The notes below the pieces were generated by a model. That model did not search any database and was not told the DNA's origin. It saw nothing but the letters and a program-made list of their open reading frames with translations. 64,000 nucleotides of DNA, taken from sequence record NC_048045.1; one strand, given 5' to 3'. The number at the start of each line of letters is the position of its first letter. Position 1 is the stretch's first letter. The translations under genes were made by a program, and so were the position numbers. This document shows positions 27,725 through 36,966 of this stretch, piece by piece.

Positions 27725-29758
27725 TTGCTGAATTTCCAACCGTTTAAGACGGCCGTGGCGGCGCAGTTCGCCAAGATGTCCAAGGGCCAACTCTACCGCG
27801 TCGAGGTCGACAAGGACCTCCTGTGGCAAACCTATCTCGCCGCCTTCCCGCCGGGCACGGACCCGATGTTCCGCGCGCGCACCGAGCACAACTGCTCGTG
27901 CTGCCGCGCCTTCGTGCGCCAGGGCGGCGACGTCGTGGCCATCGTCGACAACAAGATCGTCACCCTGTGGGACATCACCATTCCGGGCGAGCCGGCCTAC
28001 CAGCAGGTCGCCGACAGCCTCGCGGGCCTGATCCGCTCGCGGCCGATCGCCGACGTTTTCCTGCACGACCAGAAGTCGATCGGCACCGACCGCAGCGTCG
28101 AGTCGATGCTGGGCGGCGACGTGACCTGGAACCACTTCTACTGCGACGTGCCCGAGCGCTTCGTCAAGAAGCGCGCCGACATCCCCACGGCGCTGCACGA
28201 GCCGCGCATGGCGGCCGAGACGCTGCTGCGCGCGGTCACCGAAATCAGCCGCGAGGCGGTCGAGACCGTGCTCGAACTGGTCGCCCAGAAGTCGGTCTAC
28301 CGGATCGAGGAGCACAAGGCGACGGTCGAGGCCTTCCGGGCGATGCAGAACAGCTTCGCCGGCAAGTCGGGCCTGGACGCGACCCTGCACGCCTGGACCA
28401 CGGCCACCAAGGGCGAGGTCTGGGGTTCGGTGATCGGCATCAAGAACACCGTCATCGGCTCGCTGCTGCTCGACCTGTCGGGCGACATGGAGATCGAGGA
28501 CGCGGTCAAGAAGTACGAGACCAAGGTCGCGCCGCAGAACTACAAGCGCACCTCGACGATCGCCACCAAGCGCCAGATCGAGGCCGCCAAGAAGACGCTG
28601 GAAGACCTGGGCCTGACCTCGGCCCTGGAGCGCCGCTATGCCGTCCTGACGGACGTGTCGATTAACGACGTCCTGTTCGCTGATCGCTCGGCCAAGGCGG
28701 CGCTGAACGCGGACGTGTTCTCGGAGATGGCGGCCGAGGTGGGCGAGAAGACCAAGTCGTTCGACAAGGTCGAGGAGGTCCCGATCGACCGCTTCCTGAG
28801 CGACATCCTGCCCAAGGTCACCTCGATCGAGGCCCTGGTCGAGAACCGTCTGGCGGGCAACTTCGTCAGCCTGATCGCGCCCAAGAACCCGACGGCCGGC
28901 AACCTCTTCAAGTGGGGCAACAACTTCTCCTGGTCCTACGCGGGCGAGGTTGCCGACTCCATCAAGCAGCGCGTCAAAGCGGCGGGCGGCAACGTCTCGG
29001 GCGACCTCTGCTGCCGTCTGGGCTGGTACAACTACGACGACCTCGACTTCCACATGTTCGAGCCGGGCGGTGGTCACATCAACTTCCGCAACAAGCGCTC
29101 GGGCGCCACTGGCGGCCAACTGGACGTCGACATGAACGCTGGGCGCGGCACCACGCGCGCGCCGGTCGAGAACATCTTCTATGGCGATCGCCGCCGGATG
29201 AAGGAGGGCGTCTACGAACTGAAGGTCCACCAGTTCGACAACCGCGATCAGCCGCGTGATCCGGGCTTCGAGGTCGAGATCGACTACCTGGGCGCGGTGA
29301 CCAAGTTCAGCTACGCCAAGGCTTTGCGCCTGGGCGAATACGTCACGATCGCCAAGTTCAAGTACACCCACGCTGGTGGCGTGGAGTTCATCTCGTCTCT
29401 GCCGTCGTCCTCGGCCAGCAAGGACGTCTGGGGCGTGAAGACCGAGACCTTCCGCAAGGTCAACGTCGTCATGCTGTCGCCCAATTTCTGGGACGGCGAG
29501 CCGGGCGTGGGCAACAAGCACTTCTTCTTCATGCTGGAGGGCGGCATCAACGAGGACGGCGCGCGCGGCTTCTACAACGAGTTCCTCAAGGACTCGCTGA
29601 GCCCGCACCGCCGCGTCTTCGAGATGCTGGGCTCCAAGCTGAAGCCGGCGCCGGCCGCCGAGCAACTCTCGGGCCTGGGCTTCTCGTCGTCCAAGCCTGA
29701 CACCCTGACCGTCAAGGTCTCGGGGGCTTTCACCCGCGTTCTCAAGATCAAGTTCTAG
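27725..29758 (+). CDS. large phage protein (677 aa) with N-terminal Cys motif and C-terminal YfaP/DUF2135-like module
   Basis: EHNCSCCRAFV; LGWYNYDDLDFHMFEPGGG...GQLDVDMNAG...PVENIFY...GVYELKVHQF. Confidence 0.75.
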   Translation: MLNFQPFKTAVAAQFAKMSKGQLYRVEVDKDLLWQTYLAAFPPGTDPMFRARTEHNCSCCRAFVRQGGDVVAIVDNKIVTLWDITIPGEPAYQQVADSLAGLIRSRPIADVFLHDQKSIGTDRSVESMLGGDVTWNHFYCDVPERFVKKRADIPTALHEPRMAAETLLRAVTEISREAVETVLELVAQKSVYRIEEHKATVEAFRAMQNSFAGKSGLDATLHAWTTATKGEVWGSVIGIKNTVIGSLLLDLSGDMEIEDAVKKYETKVAPQNYKRTSTIATKRQIEAAKKTLEDLGLTSALERRYAVLTDVSINDVLFADRSAKAALNADVFSEMAAEVGEKTKSFDKVEEVPIDRFLSDILPKVTSIEALVENRLAGNFVSLIAPKNPTAGNLFKWGNNFSWSYAGEVADSIKQRVKAAGGNVSGDLCCRLGWYNYDDLDFHMFEPGGGHINFRNKRSGATGGQLDVDMNAGRGTTRAPVENIFYGDRRRMKEGVYELKVHQFDNRDQPRDPGFEVEIDYLGAVTKFSYAKALRLGEYVTIAKFKYTHAGGVEFISSLPSSSASKDVWGVKTETFRKVNVVMLSPNFWDGEPGVGNKHFFFMLEGGINEDGARGFYNEFLKDSLSPHRRVFEMLGSKLKPAPAAEQLSGLGFSSSKPDTLTVKVSGAFTRVLKIKF

Positions 29759-29770
29759 GAAAGGAAGACC

Positions 29771-30187
29771 ATGGAAAACATCTTCGAAGTCGCCTCGCGC
29801 GAGAAGTACCGCTACGAATCCGCTAAGGGCCTCATCACCACCGAGGACCTGTGGGACCTGCCGCTGACCAGCGACACGGGCAAGGCCAACCTGAACGACA
29901 TCGCCGTCGGCCTGTTCAAGCAGGTCAAGGACCTGGACGACATCTCGTTCGTCAAGCCCAAGACGCTCGACAAGACCGTCGCCCCGCGCCTGGAGATCGT
30001 CAAGGCGGTGATCGCCTACCGCCAGGACGAGAACCGCAAGAAGCTGGAAGCCAGCACCAAGCGCGAGACCGCCCGCATCCTGCAAGAAGCCATCAGCGCC
30101 AAGCGCTCCGAGAAGATCGCCGGCACCCCGCTGGAAGAACTCGAAGCGCAACTGGCTGCGCTGAAGGCCGAGGGCGTCGAAGCCTAA
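29771..30187 (+). CDS. hypothetical phage protein, probable partner of the upstream ORF
   Basis: AAGGA RBS; GLITTEDLWDLPL motif, helical C-terminus. Confidence 0.85.
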   Translation: MENIFEVASREKYRYESAKGLITTEDLWDLPLTSDTGKANLNDIAVGLFKQVKDLDDISFVKPKTLDKTVAPRLEIVKAVIAYRQDENRKKLEASTKRETARILQEAISAKRSEKIAGTPLEELEAQLAALKAEGVEA

Positions 30188-30194
30188 TCGGCTG

Positions 30195-30252
30195 TTGACA
30201 ACACTCTAACGCCAACATAGAAGGGCCTCCGACGACAACGCCGGAGGCCCTT
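30195..30252 (+). promoter_or_regulatory. repeated promoter P8 (inverted operator; perfect 11-bp hairpin over RBS)
   Basis: TTGACA-17-TAGAAG; CAACACTCTAACGCCAAC; AAGGGCCTCCG-ACGACAACGC-CGGAGGCCCTT. Confidence 0.82.
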
Positions 30253-30255
30253 TTC

Positions 30256-30594
30256 ATGCAAGCCGAGAACTACACGCAGAACCTGAGCGACTGGTCCCAG
30301 TACCGCAACAACGGGCGCGGCGGCTGCGGCCTCAAGCGCGCCGAGGGCACAATCTCCAAGCGCGCCTATGAGCGGCTGATCCGCGAGGCCAAGCGCGACT
30401 TCCTGTCGGGCTTCGACATCGACTGGTCCAAGTACGGCGAGCCGACCGTCACCTTCTACGACATGCTGACCGCCCAGATCGAGTGGCCTAACCTGAAATC
30501 GGGTCAGTTGATCACGCTGACCCATATTTGGTTCGAGCGGAAGACCGGCGAAATCCTCCAGGCCGGCTCCAACCACGGGAGCCTGACCCTGTGA
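30256..30594 (+). CDS. hypothetical protein
   Basis: GGAGG RBS after P8. Confidence 0.8.
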   Translation: MQAENYTQNLSDWSQYRNNGRGGCGLKRAEGTISKRAYERLIREAKRDFLSGFDIDWSKYGEPTVTFYDMLTAQIEWPNLKSGQLITLTHIWFERKTGEILQAGSNHGSLTL

Positions 30595-31067
30595 GCGAGA
30601 CCCCCAAGGCCTTCAAGACCTTCACCGCCGACGAGGTCGCCGCCGCCATGGCGGCCCAGAACCGCGCCAACCGTCGCCTGGAAGCTCGGGCGGTCGAGAA
30701 GGAGCGCGAGGCCGGCGAGCGCCGCCAGCAAATCGCCCTGGACGACCTGCGCCGCCAGATGATGGCCGGCGCCCGCGCCAACGTCGAGCGTGGCGTGTAC
30801 ACGCTGTCGACTCTGGAGTGCGACGAGTACCGCCACACCAACGTGGTGCTGGCCGAGGTCCGCACCCGCGTCTTCGCCGCCCGGCTGTCGTTCTCGGACG
30901 AGGACGCGGCCTGGACGATCGAGGCGATCATCCGCCGCTTCCCCGGCGGGCCGGCTCGCGTCCTGGAGAAGGAAGTCCTGACGCAGCAGGCGGCCTGGGA
31001 CTTCTACAACGAGATCATCGAACGCTTCTACAACACCGCCGGCTTCATCTGCCGCGTCGATTACTAG
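30591..31067 (+). CDS. hypothetical protein
   Basis: GTGA overlap. Confidence 0.8.
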   Translation: MSETPKAFKTFTADEVAAAMAAQNRANRRLEARAVEKEREAGERRQQIALDDLRRQMMAGARANVERGVYTLSTLECDEYRHTNVVLAEVRTRVFAARLSFSDEDAAWTIEAIIRRFPGGPARVLEKEVLTQQAAWDFYNEIIERFYNTAGFICRVDY

Positions 31068-31081
31068 GGAGGGACCCCGAC

Positions 31082-31546
31082 ATGATGGCTCACCTGATCC
31101 TCAACACCGCCCAGCAGCGCACCATGAACGAGGTGTCCGACGCGCTGGCCTACCTGATCCGCAACGACGGCGATCCCAACAGCGCCGGCGAGGGCTACTA
31201 CAACATGCTGCACCTGGACCGGATCGCCGACGACGTCACGGGCCTGTTCGCCCCCGTCGGCGAGCGTCCCCTGGCCAGGACGCTGTTCGACGTCCAGGCG
31301 ACCTTCCGGGGCTACTGGAAGGGCCAGTACCCGAAGGTCGACACCCTGAAGAAATGGGCCGGCGAGGTCAAGCCGCACTTCAAGAGCCTGGAGCGGGTGC
31401 GCTACATCAACCGCCCGCCGGTCGAGCCCAAGACCGTCCGCGAGGAGGTCATGGCCAAGCTCTCCAAGAGCTATACCCAGGCCGAGATCGCCGTCTTCCT
31501 GGGGAACCTAGAGCAGCACGGCTTCGCGGTGGTCAAGGCCGGCTAA
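31082..31546 (+). CDS. hypothetical protein
   Basis: GGAGG RBS. Confidence 0.8.
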   Translation: MMAHLILNTAQQRTMNEVSDALAYLIRNDGDPNSAGEGYYNMLHLDRIADDVTGLFAPVGERPLARTLFDVQATFRGYWKGQYPKVDTLKKWAGEVKPHFKSLERVRYINRPPVEPKTVREEVMAKLSKSYTQAEIAVFLGNLEQHGFAVVKAG

Positions 31547-31552
31547 AACTTT

Positions 31553-31611
31553 GTTGGCGCGAGAGTGTTGACAGAAGCGTCCTGACGCCATAGAACCCTC
31601 TCGACGACAAC
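31553..31611 (+). promoter_or_regulatory. repeated promoter P9
   Basis: GTTGGCGCGAGAGTGTTG, TTGACA 31568-17-TAGAAC, GACGACAAC 31603. Confidence 0.82.
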
Positions 31612-31624
31612 GAAGGAGGCCCCG

Positions 31625-32011
31625 ATGGGCGCGCAACTGGAAATCAAGGAAGTCTTCGCCGCCTCGCAGGACGCCGTCTATTCCTGGCGTGGCGAGGAAG
31701 GTGACGAGTATCGCGTGATGAGCCTCGTTCACGTCCAGACGATGGACGGCCGCTGGTTCCTGATGCCGGCCATGCGTCCCTACTCGGACGTCGAGCGCTT
31801 CGACTTCGAGATGGCCTGCGAGGGCGAACCCCTCTTCGGCATGGCGATCGTCTACTGGGACGCCGAGGCCTTCGCCGCCAAGGTCCGCGCGCGGGGCGTG
31901 ATCCGCCCGGAGTTCTGGGTCGAGTACGAGCCCGACACCCGCACGACCGAGCAGCGCTTCGAGGACATGTGGATCGAAGAGCAGTACGACCGCATGGGGT
32001 ACGCCGCATGA
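31625..32011 (+). CDS. hypothetical protein
   Basis: AAGGAGG RBS. Confidence 0.85.
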   Translation: MGAQLEIKEVFAASQDAVYSWRGEEGDEYRVMSLVHVQTMDGRWFLMPAMRPYSDVERFDFEMACEGEPLFGMAIVYWDAEAFAAKVRARGVIRPEFWVEYEPDTRTTEQRFEDMWIEEQYDRMGYAA

Positions 32012-32250
32012 GCGCCCGCCGGAAGCAGACCGTGATCGACAAGCTGGATAAGACCTACAAGTCGATCCAGGCCCAGCAACAGCGGGGCGTCAACTGGGGC
32101 ACCAAGGCGTGCCTGGAACTGGTCGATCGCTACAACGATCTGAAGGCCCAGGCCACGCGCGTCGGCGGCCATAGCAACCCCGAGTGGAAGGCCTACTGCG
32201 AGCGTCACGGCTCCAGCGTCGCCCACGACGGCTACGATCTGTGGGCGTGA
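32008..32250 (+). CDS. hypothetical protein
   Basis: ATGA overlap. Confidence 0.75.
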   Translation: MSARRKQTVIDKLDKTYKSIQAQQQRGVNWGTKACLELVDRYNDLKAQATRVGGHSNPEWKAYCERHGSSVAHDGYDLWA

Positions 32251-32252
32251 CC

Positions 32253-32447
32253 ATGTCCCGCACCGTCAAGGTCGAGCGGGGCAAGACGACCTACTACGTC
32301 ACCATCGACGAGGCCGGAGAGGTCATCGCGATCTCGGGCGTGGCGGTGGTCGGCAAGGTCCCGCGCTACAAGGGCGGCACCCGCCGCGTGCCCTGGAGCG
32401 GCGCGCATTGGCACGCCGGCTACAAGACCCGATCCCGCAACAACTGA
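32253..32447 (+). CDS. hypothetical protein
   Basis: Packed array. Confidence 0.7.
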   Translation: MSRTVKVERGKTTYYVTIDEAGEVIAISGVAVVGKVPRYKGGTRRVPWSGAHWHAGYKTRSRNN

Positions 32448-32490
32448 AGCCGATCGCCGACGAGGCGATCCAGCAGAAGGAGGCCCAGGC

Positions 32491-32841
32491 TTGAGCCCGC
32501 AGCAAATCACCAGAGAGGAAGCGTCGCAGTTGATCGACGACCTCCAGACCACGTTTTCGACCCTGCGGATGCAGATCGGGCCGGCGAACGACGACATCTC
32601 CCAGGAGCGCCTCAAGCGCCTGCTGGCCTATGTCGAGCAGGACCCCGACGTCCCGCCAATCGAGGCCTACGTAAAGCGGGCCATCAGCCCGAAGTTCCGG
32701 GCCGAGATGGTCAAGCACGCTGAGCGCTGCGACGGCGAGGTCGACCTCATGAAGGGCGGCCCCTATACCCGCACGACCTGGGTCCACAGGCGTTCGGCCG
32801 ATATCCTGCGCAAGCTCGTCACCTTCCTGGATAAGGACTGA
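32491..32841 (+). CDS. hypothetical protein
   Basis: TTG start after AAGGAGG. Confidence 0.75.
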   Translation: MSPQQITREEASQLIDDLQTTFSTLRMQIGPANDDISQERLKRLLAYVEQDPDVPPIEAYVKRAISPKFRAEMVKHAERCDGEVDLMKGGPYTRTTWVHRRSADILRKLVTFLDKD

Positions 32842-32843
32842 TC

Positions 32844-33299
32844 ATGTCCGGAACCCTTCTCTGCCTCAATCCCGACGGCGCCAACTTCCAGGCCCAGGCC
32901 GTGCTCGCGGTGGTCCGCGACATGCTCGGCGAGGACTTCGAGCCGTCCTGGGACGCCAAGCTGGGCCGCCACCTCGCCGAGCCCCGGCTCGCCCGCTTCG
33001 ACTCCGCTCGCCTCGCCGGCTACGTGATCTGGATGCGCGACTACCGCGCCATCGCCTGGGCGGGGGTCGGGGCCGGCCGGCAGATCAATATCGCGTTCTA
33101 CCAACATGGCGTCAGCGACGAGATCATCGTCAACGCCTGGACCGGCGAGACCGAGGACAACCTGCCGCCCAACCATCGCGACATCCCAGACAACGACGAC
33201 ATGGCCACGCGCGGCGTCTTCAAGCAGCGTGAGGTCGTCCCGGCGGCGCAGTTGATCGTCGACGTCCTGACGGACTTCTGGGAGGCCGGCAACACATGA
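32844..33299 (+). CDS. hypothetical protein
   Basis: Packed array. Confidence 0.8.
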   Translation: MSGTLLCLNPDGANFQAQAVLAVVRDMLGEDFEPSWDAKLGRHLAEPRLARFDSARLAGYVIWMRDYRAIAWAGVGAGRQINIAFYQHGVSDEIIVNAWTGETEDNLPPNHRDIPDNDDMATRGVFKQREVVPAAQLIVDVLTDFWEAGNT

Positions 33300-33631
33300 C
33301 CGACTACGACGCCTGCCTGACTAACTGGGTCGTCTGCCTGACGCCGATCCCGGTCGTCGTCCGGGGCGACGCCGCGCCCGAGCCGGGCGTGGTGCTCGTC
33401 GGCGAGATCATGCAGGACCGGAAGGGGCGCTGGCCGGACGGTCGTCTCGTTCACACCTCGGTGCTCCTGAGCGCGCGGGCGCTGATCAAGCCGGGCGAGG
33501 TCGTGCGCACCCTGCGCAGCCACTACCTACTGGGCCGGCCCGCCGAGGAGATCACCCTGCGCCATAGCTTGGGGGCTATGTTCGCCCAGGTCGTCATCCA
33601 ACCGCTTGACAACACTCTCGCGCCAACCTAG
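33296..33631 (+). CDS. hypothetical protein
   Basis: ATGA overlap; LVGEIMQDRKGRWPDGRLVHTS. Confidence 0.75.
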   Translation: MTDYDACLTNWVVCLTPIPVVVRGDAAPEPGVVLVGEIMQDRKGRWPDGRLVHTSVLLSARALIKPGEVVRTLRSHYLLGRPAEEITLRHSLGAMFAQVVIQPLDNTLAPT

Positions 33632-33650
33632 AAGGGTCGTCGACGACAAC
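33606..33650 (+). promoter_or_regulatory. repeated promoter P10 (inverted operator)
   Basis: TTGACA-17-TAGAAG; CAACACTCTCGCGCCAAC; GACGACAAC 33642. Confidence 0.82.
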
Positions 33651-33653
33651 GCC

Positions 33654-33683
33654 TGTCCGAAATTTGTACACATTTTTCGGACA
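33654..33683. promoter_or_regulatory. AT-rich inverted repeat in the P10 leader
   Basis: TGTCCGAAA-TTTGTACACATT-TTTCGGACA. Confidence 0.55.
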
Positions 33684-33698
33684 TCAGAGGAGGTCCCG

Positions 33699-34127
33699 AT
33701 GAGCTACCGCGAAGCTGAGATGGAAGCGCAAGCCGACTTCCACGCCAACGAGATGAACGTCGGCGACGGCGCCTGGGGGCGCTACGTCAAGACGCTGGAG
33801 AAGCGCCTGGGCTTCGACCTAGACGGCGACAACTCCGAGGAGGCCAAGGGCTTCTTCTGCGACATGGGCCACTCGCTCGACGACACCTTCGAGATGTTCG
33901 AGAAGGGCGTGTCGGTCGCCGACGCCGAGAAAGCGATCCTGCGCTCGTGCGCCTCGGCCGCCGCGCGCGCCGCCGACGCCGGCGTCCAGGCCCTCTGCGA
34001 GGCTCAGGACCGCGCCAAGGCGGCCGGCAAGACCGACTACGTCGATCTGCTGGAAAAGCAGATCAACGCCCTGCTGGACGAACAGAGCGCCGCCGCCACG
34101 GCGGCCGAGAAAGCGTTCGGCTGCTGA
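33699..34127 (+). CDS. hypothetical protein
   Basis: GAGGAGG RBS. Confidence 0.85.
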   Translation: MSYREAEMEAQADFHANEMNVGDGAWGRYVKTLEKRLGFDLDGDNSEEAKGFFCDMGHSLDDTFEMFEKGVSVADAEKAILRSCASAAARAADAGVQALCEAQDRAKAAGKTDYVDLLEKQINALLDEQSAAATAAEKAFGC

Positions 34128-34345
34128 TGAGCTACTTCCGCTCCCGCATCCCCGGCCCGCCCGAGCAGGCCGAAGAGCGCTTCAAGTTCATCGACATCGA
34201 TGGCCGGCGCTACAAGGTCTACCGCTCGGGTCACGTGTCGGTCCTGATCCAGGGCACGAGCAAGCGTGCGGGCTACACCCGCTCGCTGACCCACAACAGC
34301 ATCATCGCCGCCCGCGCGCGCGCCGCCTCCGGGTGGTTCGCATGA
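34127..34345 (+). CDS. hypothetical protein
   Basis: TGATG coupling. Confidence 0.75.
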   Translation: MSYFRSRIPGPPEQAEERFKFIDIDGRRYKVYRSGHVSVLIQGTSKRAGYTRSLTHNSIIAARARAASGWFA

Positions 34346-34740
34346 GCCGTCCGTCGATCGCGGTGGTGGGCTTCGTGTCCTCCACGCCTGAGCACTTCCG
34401 GATCGTCGACCTGAAGGTCGTCGACGACAGCCTTCGAACGGAGGACGGCAAGCCGCGCATGTTTGCGCGCGAGGCCGACCCGTACATGAAGGTCCCGCCC
34501 TGGGTCGAGTTCCAGATCGTGCTCGGCTGCTTCGATACCTTCGAAGAGGCCTACGAGGCGCTGAAGAAATCGCGGGACATCTGGAGCAGTGACTTCCGTG
34601 ACGTCGTCAAGGCCGAGCGAGAACTGCAAGACGCCAATCGGGCTGTCCGGCTGGCCACCGCCGCCCTGGAGCGCGCCGAGAGCGATCGCCGCGCCGCCTG
34701 CCGCGAGCCGTTTCTCGGCACGCCCACCGAATATCGCTAG
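34342..34740 (+). CDS. hypothetical protein
   Basis: ATGA overlap. Confidence 0.75.
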   Translation: MSRPSIAVVGFVSSTPEHFRIVDLKVVDDSLRTEDGKPRMFAREADPYMKVPPWVEFQIVLGCFDTFEEAYEALKKSRDIWSSDFRDVVKAERELQDANRAVRLATAALERAESDRRAACREPFLGTPTEYR

Positions 34741-34748
34741 GAGGCCCC

Positions 34749-34952
34749 ATGACCAAGTACGTCATCCCCATTCAGGTCGACTTTCTGGTCCCGCCGGCCA
34801 GGGGCGATGTGGTGCAAACCCTGCTGTCGCGGATCGAGGCGATCCTCGACGAAGAGCTAGGCGTCGTCCTGACCGACGCACCCGACCGGGTCATCGCCCT
34901 GAGCCCCATCAAGGGTCTGCACCTGCGGACCATGACCTCCGAGGAGACCTGA
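34749..34952 (+). CDS. hypothetical protein
   Basis: GGAGG RBS. Confidence 0.7.
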   Translation: MTKYVIPIQVDFLVPPARGDVVQTLLSRIEAILDEELGVVLTDAPDRVIALSPIKGLHLRTMTSEET

Positions 34953-34953
34953 C

Positions 34954-35433
34954 ATGGCCCAGGCCTATCAGACCTACACCGTCAAGGGCTCCTGGCCCTT
35001 TCCGACCGACATGCTGCGCTACGACGACGCCAAGCCGGCGACCGTCTTCGCCAGCGAGACGATCAACCGCCTGTCGGGCGACTACGCCCCGTCGCGCGAG
35101 AGCATCCGCGACGAGGTCGAGATCAGGCTGATCCGGGTCAAGCGCGGTCTGCCGGCGATCGACCGCTGGGAGTCGTTCGGCTGGAAGGTCGTCAACGGCG
35201 ACGAGGACACCCAGTACGCGATCGCGGTGCGCACCCCGCCGCCGCTGGACCCCACGCCCTATGAGAAGCTACGCGCGGCGGTCAAGGCGTTGATCGACAC
35301 CGTCGACTTCACGTCCGACCCCATGCGGGTCTTCCAAAAGACCGAGGACGAGCCCCTGACGGTCGACGTCAGTCTGGCTATCAGCAATCTCACCGACGTC
35401 TACAACGACACCCCGGAGGCCCGACATGGCTGA
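34954..35433 (+). CDS. hypothetical phage protein
   Basis: GAGGAG RBS; FPTDMLRYD motif. Confidence 0.8.
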   Translation: MAQAYQTYTVKGSWPFPTDMLRYDDAKPATVFASETINRLSGDYAPSRESIRDEVEIRLIRVKRGLPAIDRWESFGWKVVNGDEDTQYAIAVRTPPPLDPTPYEKLRAAVKALIDTVDFTSDPMRVFQKTEDEPLTVDVSLAISNLTDVYNDTPEARHG

Positions 35434-35794
35434 GACCACCCCCGACGGACGCTACGCCATCGCCGGCTATACGGGCTGGGCGCCCCAGCACTTCAAGGTC
35501 GTCGACATGGACACGCGCACCGTGACCTACCGCGACATCGACGATGACGGTCAGGAGTACGCCCTGACGCTGGATGGCCAGCCCTTCTACTACGAGGTCG
35601 TCAAGGCGCGCTTCGCCACGGCCGAGGACGCGGTGGGCAACCTCACCGCCGCCCAGGCTGCTTATGCTAAGCATGACGAGATCGTCAAGTCGCTCCAGGC
35701 GGCTTACGAAGACGTCAAGCGCAAGCTCGAACTGGCCGTCTCGACACGGGGCCGGGCCTACCGCAAGGCCATGAAAGGCGTGGACCTCGGATGA
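35426..35794 (+). CDS. hypothetical protein
   Basis: GGAGG RBS. Confidence 0.8.
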   Translation: MAETTPDGRYAIAGYTGWAPQHFKVVDMDTRTVTYRDIDDDGQEYALTLDGQPFYYEVVKARFATAEDAVGNLTAAQAAYAKHDEIVKSLQAAYEDVKRKLELAVSTRGRAYRKAMKGVDLG

Positions 35795-36066
35795 TCGTTT
35801 TCCTGCTCTGCGCCATCCCCTACGTTCTGGTCGGCGGCTGCATCTACGCGGCCCTGATCGACCGCTATGTCGCGCGCGAATACGTGTCGTCGTCCGCCGA
35901 TGAAGTGGGCGCGCGCCTGCTCTATGCGCTCTTCTGGCTGATCACCATTCCGATCCACATCCTCGTGATCCTGTTCGACGTCCTGCGGCATCGGGCCTAC
36001 CGCCAACGACACCTTCTGAAGACCAGCCACGACATCGGACCCTGGACCTACGCGGGCTGGCTCTGA
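35791..36066 (+). CDS. small two-TM membrane protein
   Basis: Two hydrophobic helices; ATGA overlap. Confidence 0.7.
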   Translation: MIVFLLCAIPYVLVGGCIYAALIDRYVAREYVSSSADEVGARLLYALFWLITIPIHILVILFDVLRHRAYRQRHLLKTSHDIGPWTYAGWL

Positions 36067-36083
36067 GCCTTGGCTGCAATGTG

Positions 36084-36129
36084 TTGACAAGCGGACGCGG
36101 CCTCCTGTAGAAGACTCCTCGACGACAAC
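36084..36129 (+). promoter_or_regulatory. repeated promoter P11
   Basis: TTGACA-18-TAGAAG, GACGACAAC 36121. Confidence 0.8.
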
Positions 36130-36140
36130 AGGAGGCCCAC

Positions 36141-36623
36141 ATGCCCGACACCTCGAACTTCGACGCCGCCGTCCTCGTGGGCGTGGAGATCATCAAGACC
36201 AAGCCCGAAGGGCTCACCGCCCTGGAAGCCGTCCAGCGGTTCCAGCACCAGTCGCCGGACTTCGTCGAACTCGTCACCCGCTTCAACAAGCTGACTGCCG
36301 CGCTGCCGGCGGTGGTCAACGGCCACCACCTGCAATCGACCTGCGCCAAATGGGTGTTGGACGAGTCCCAGCAGCGCATCACCCTGCCGTTCGAGACCAT
36401 CGCCCAGCGCGTGGAGTTCTACGCCAAGCAGATGACGATCCCGGCCTACGCCTACCTGATGGATCGCTACAAGGAGCGCCTCGACAGCAAGATCGCCACC
36501 GTGCGCGGCTGTCTGGAGGACCAGAACTACCTCGGCGCCAGCTACAACCTCCTCGACCTGGAGGAGACCTTCCAGGAGATGGTCGACCGCCACGACGATC
36601 TCGTCTCGGACGGCTACCCCTGA
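36141..36623 (+). CDS. hypothetical protein
   Basis: AGGAGG RBS. Confidence 0.85.
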   Translation: MPDTSNFDAAVLVGVEIIKTKPEGLTALEAVQRFQHQSPDFVELVTRFNKLTAALPAVVNGHHLQSTCAKWVLDESQQRITLPFETIAQRVEFYAKQMTIPAYAYLMDRYKERLDSKIATVRGCLEDQNYLGASYNLLDLEETFQEMVDRHDDLVSDGYP

Positions 36624-36695
36624 TGGGCGCTTGCGCCCTCTTAGGCCTCGGCCTAGCTTCCTCGCGCCGCGCTGTTGCGGCTCAGAGGATTCGTT

Positions 36696-36956
36696 ATGGA
36701 CAGGCTCAAGGTCAAACTCTTCGCCAGGGGCGTGCAGACCGCCGCCGAGGCGCTGGTGAACGCGATCGACGCTCTGCCGGCTGGCCCGGAGAAGGATGCG
36801 GTGGTCGCGGCCGAGAAGACGCTGCACGCGCGGCTCAACTACGGCGCCGTGCGCGCGGGCGACTTCTTCGGGGACGAGTCGATCAACCAGATCGGCACGC
36901 GCCGCACCGGGGGCGAGGACAAGCCGGATGCGCCGGAAGCCCCGCCCGAGGGCTGA
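36696..36956 (+). CDS. small protein with RRTGGEDKP-Pro-rich C-terminus
   Basis: GAGGA RBS; 86 aa. Confidence 0.75.
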   Translation: MDRLKVKLFARGVQTAAEALVNAIDALPAGPEKDAVVAAEKTLHARLNYGAVRAGDFFGDESINQIGTRRTGGEDKPDAPEAPPEG

Positions 36957-36966
36957 CAGGTGCGTC

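Noticed and set aside
27167-30151. 994-aa minus-strand ORF
   Set aside because: Antisense shadow of the strongly codon-biased 27725-29758 and 29771 genes; no RBS or protein-like motifs
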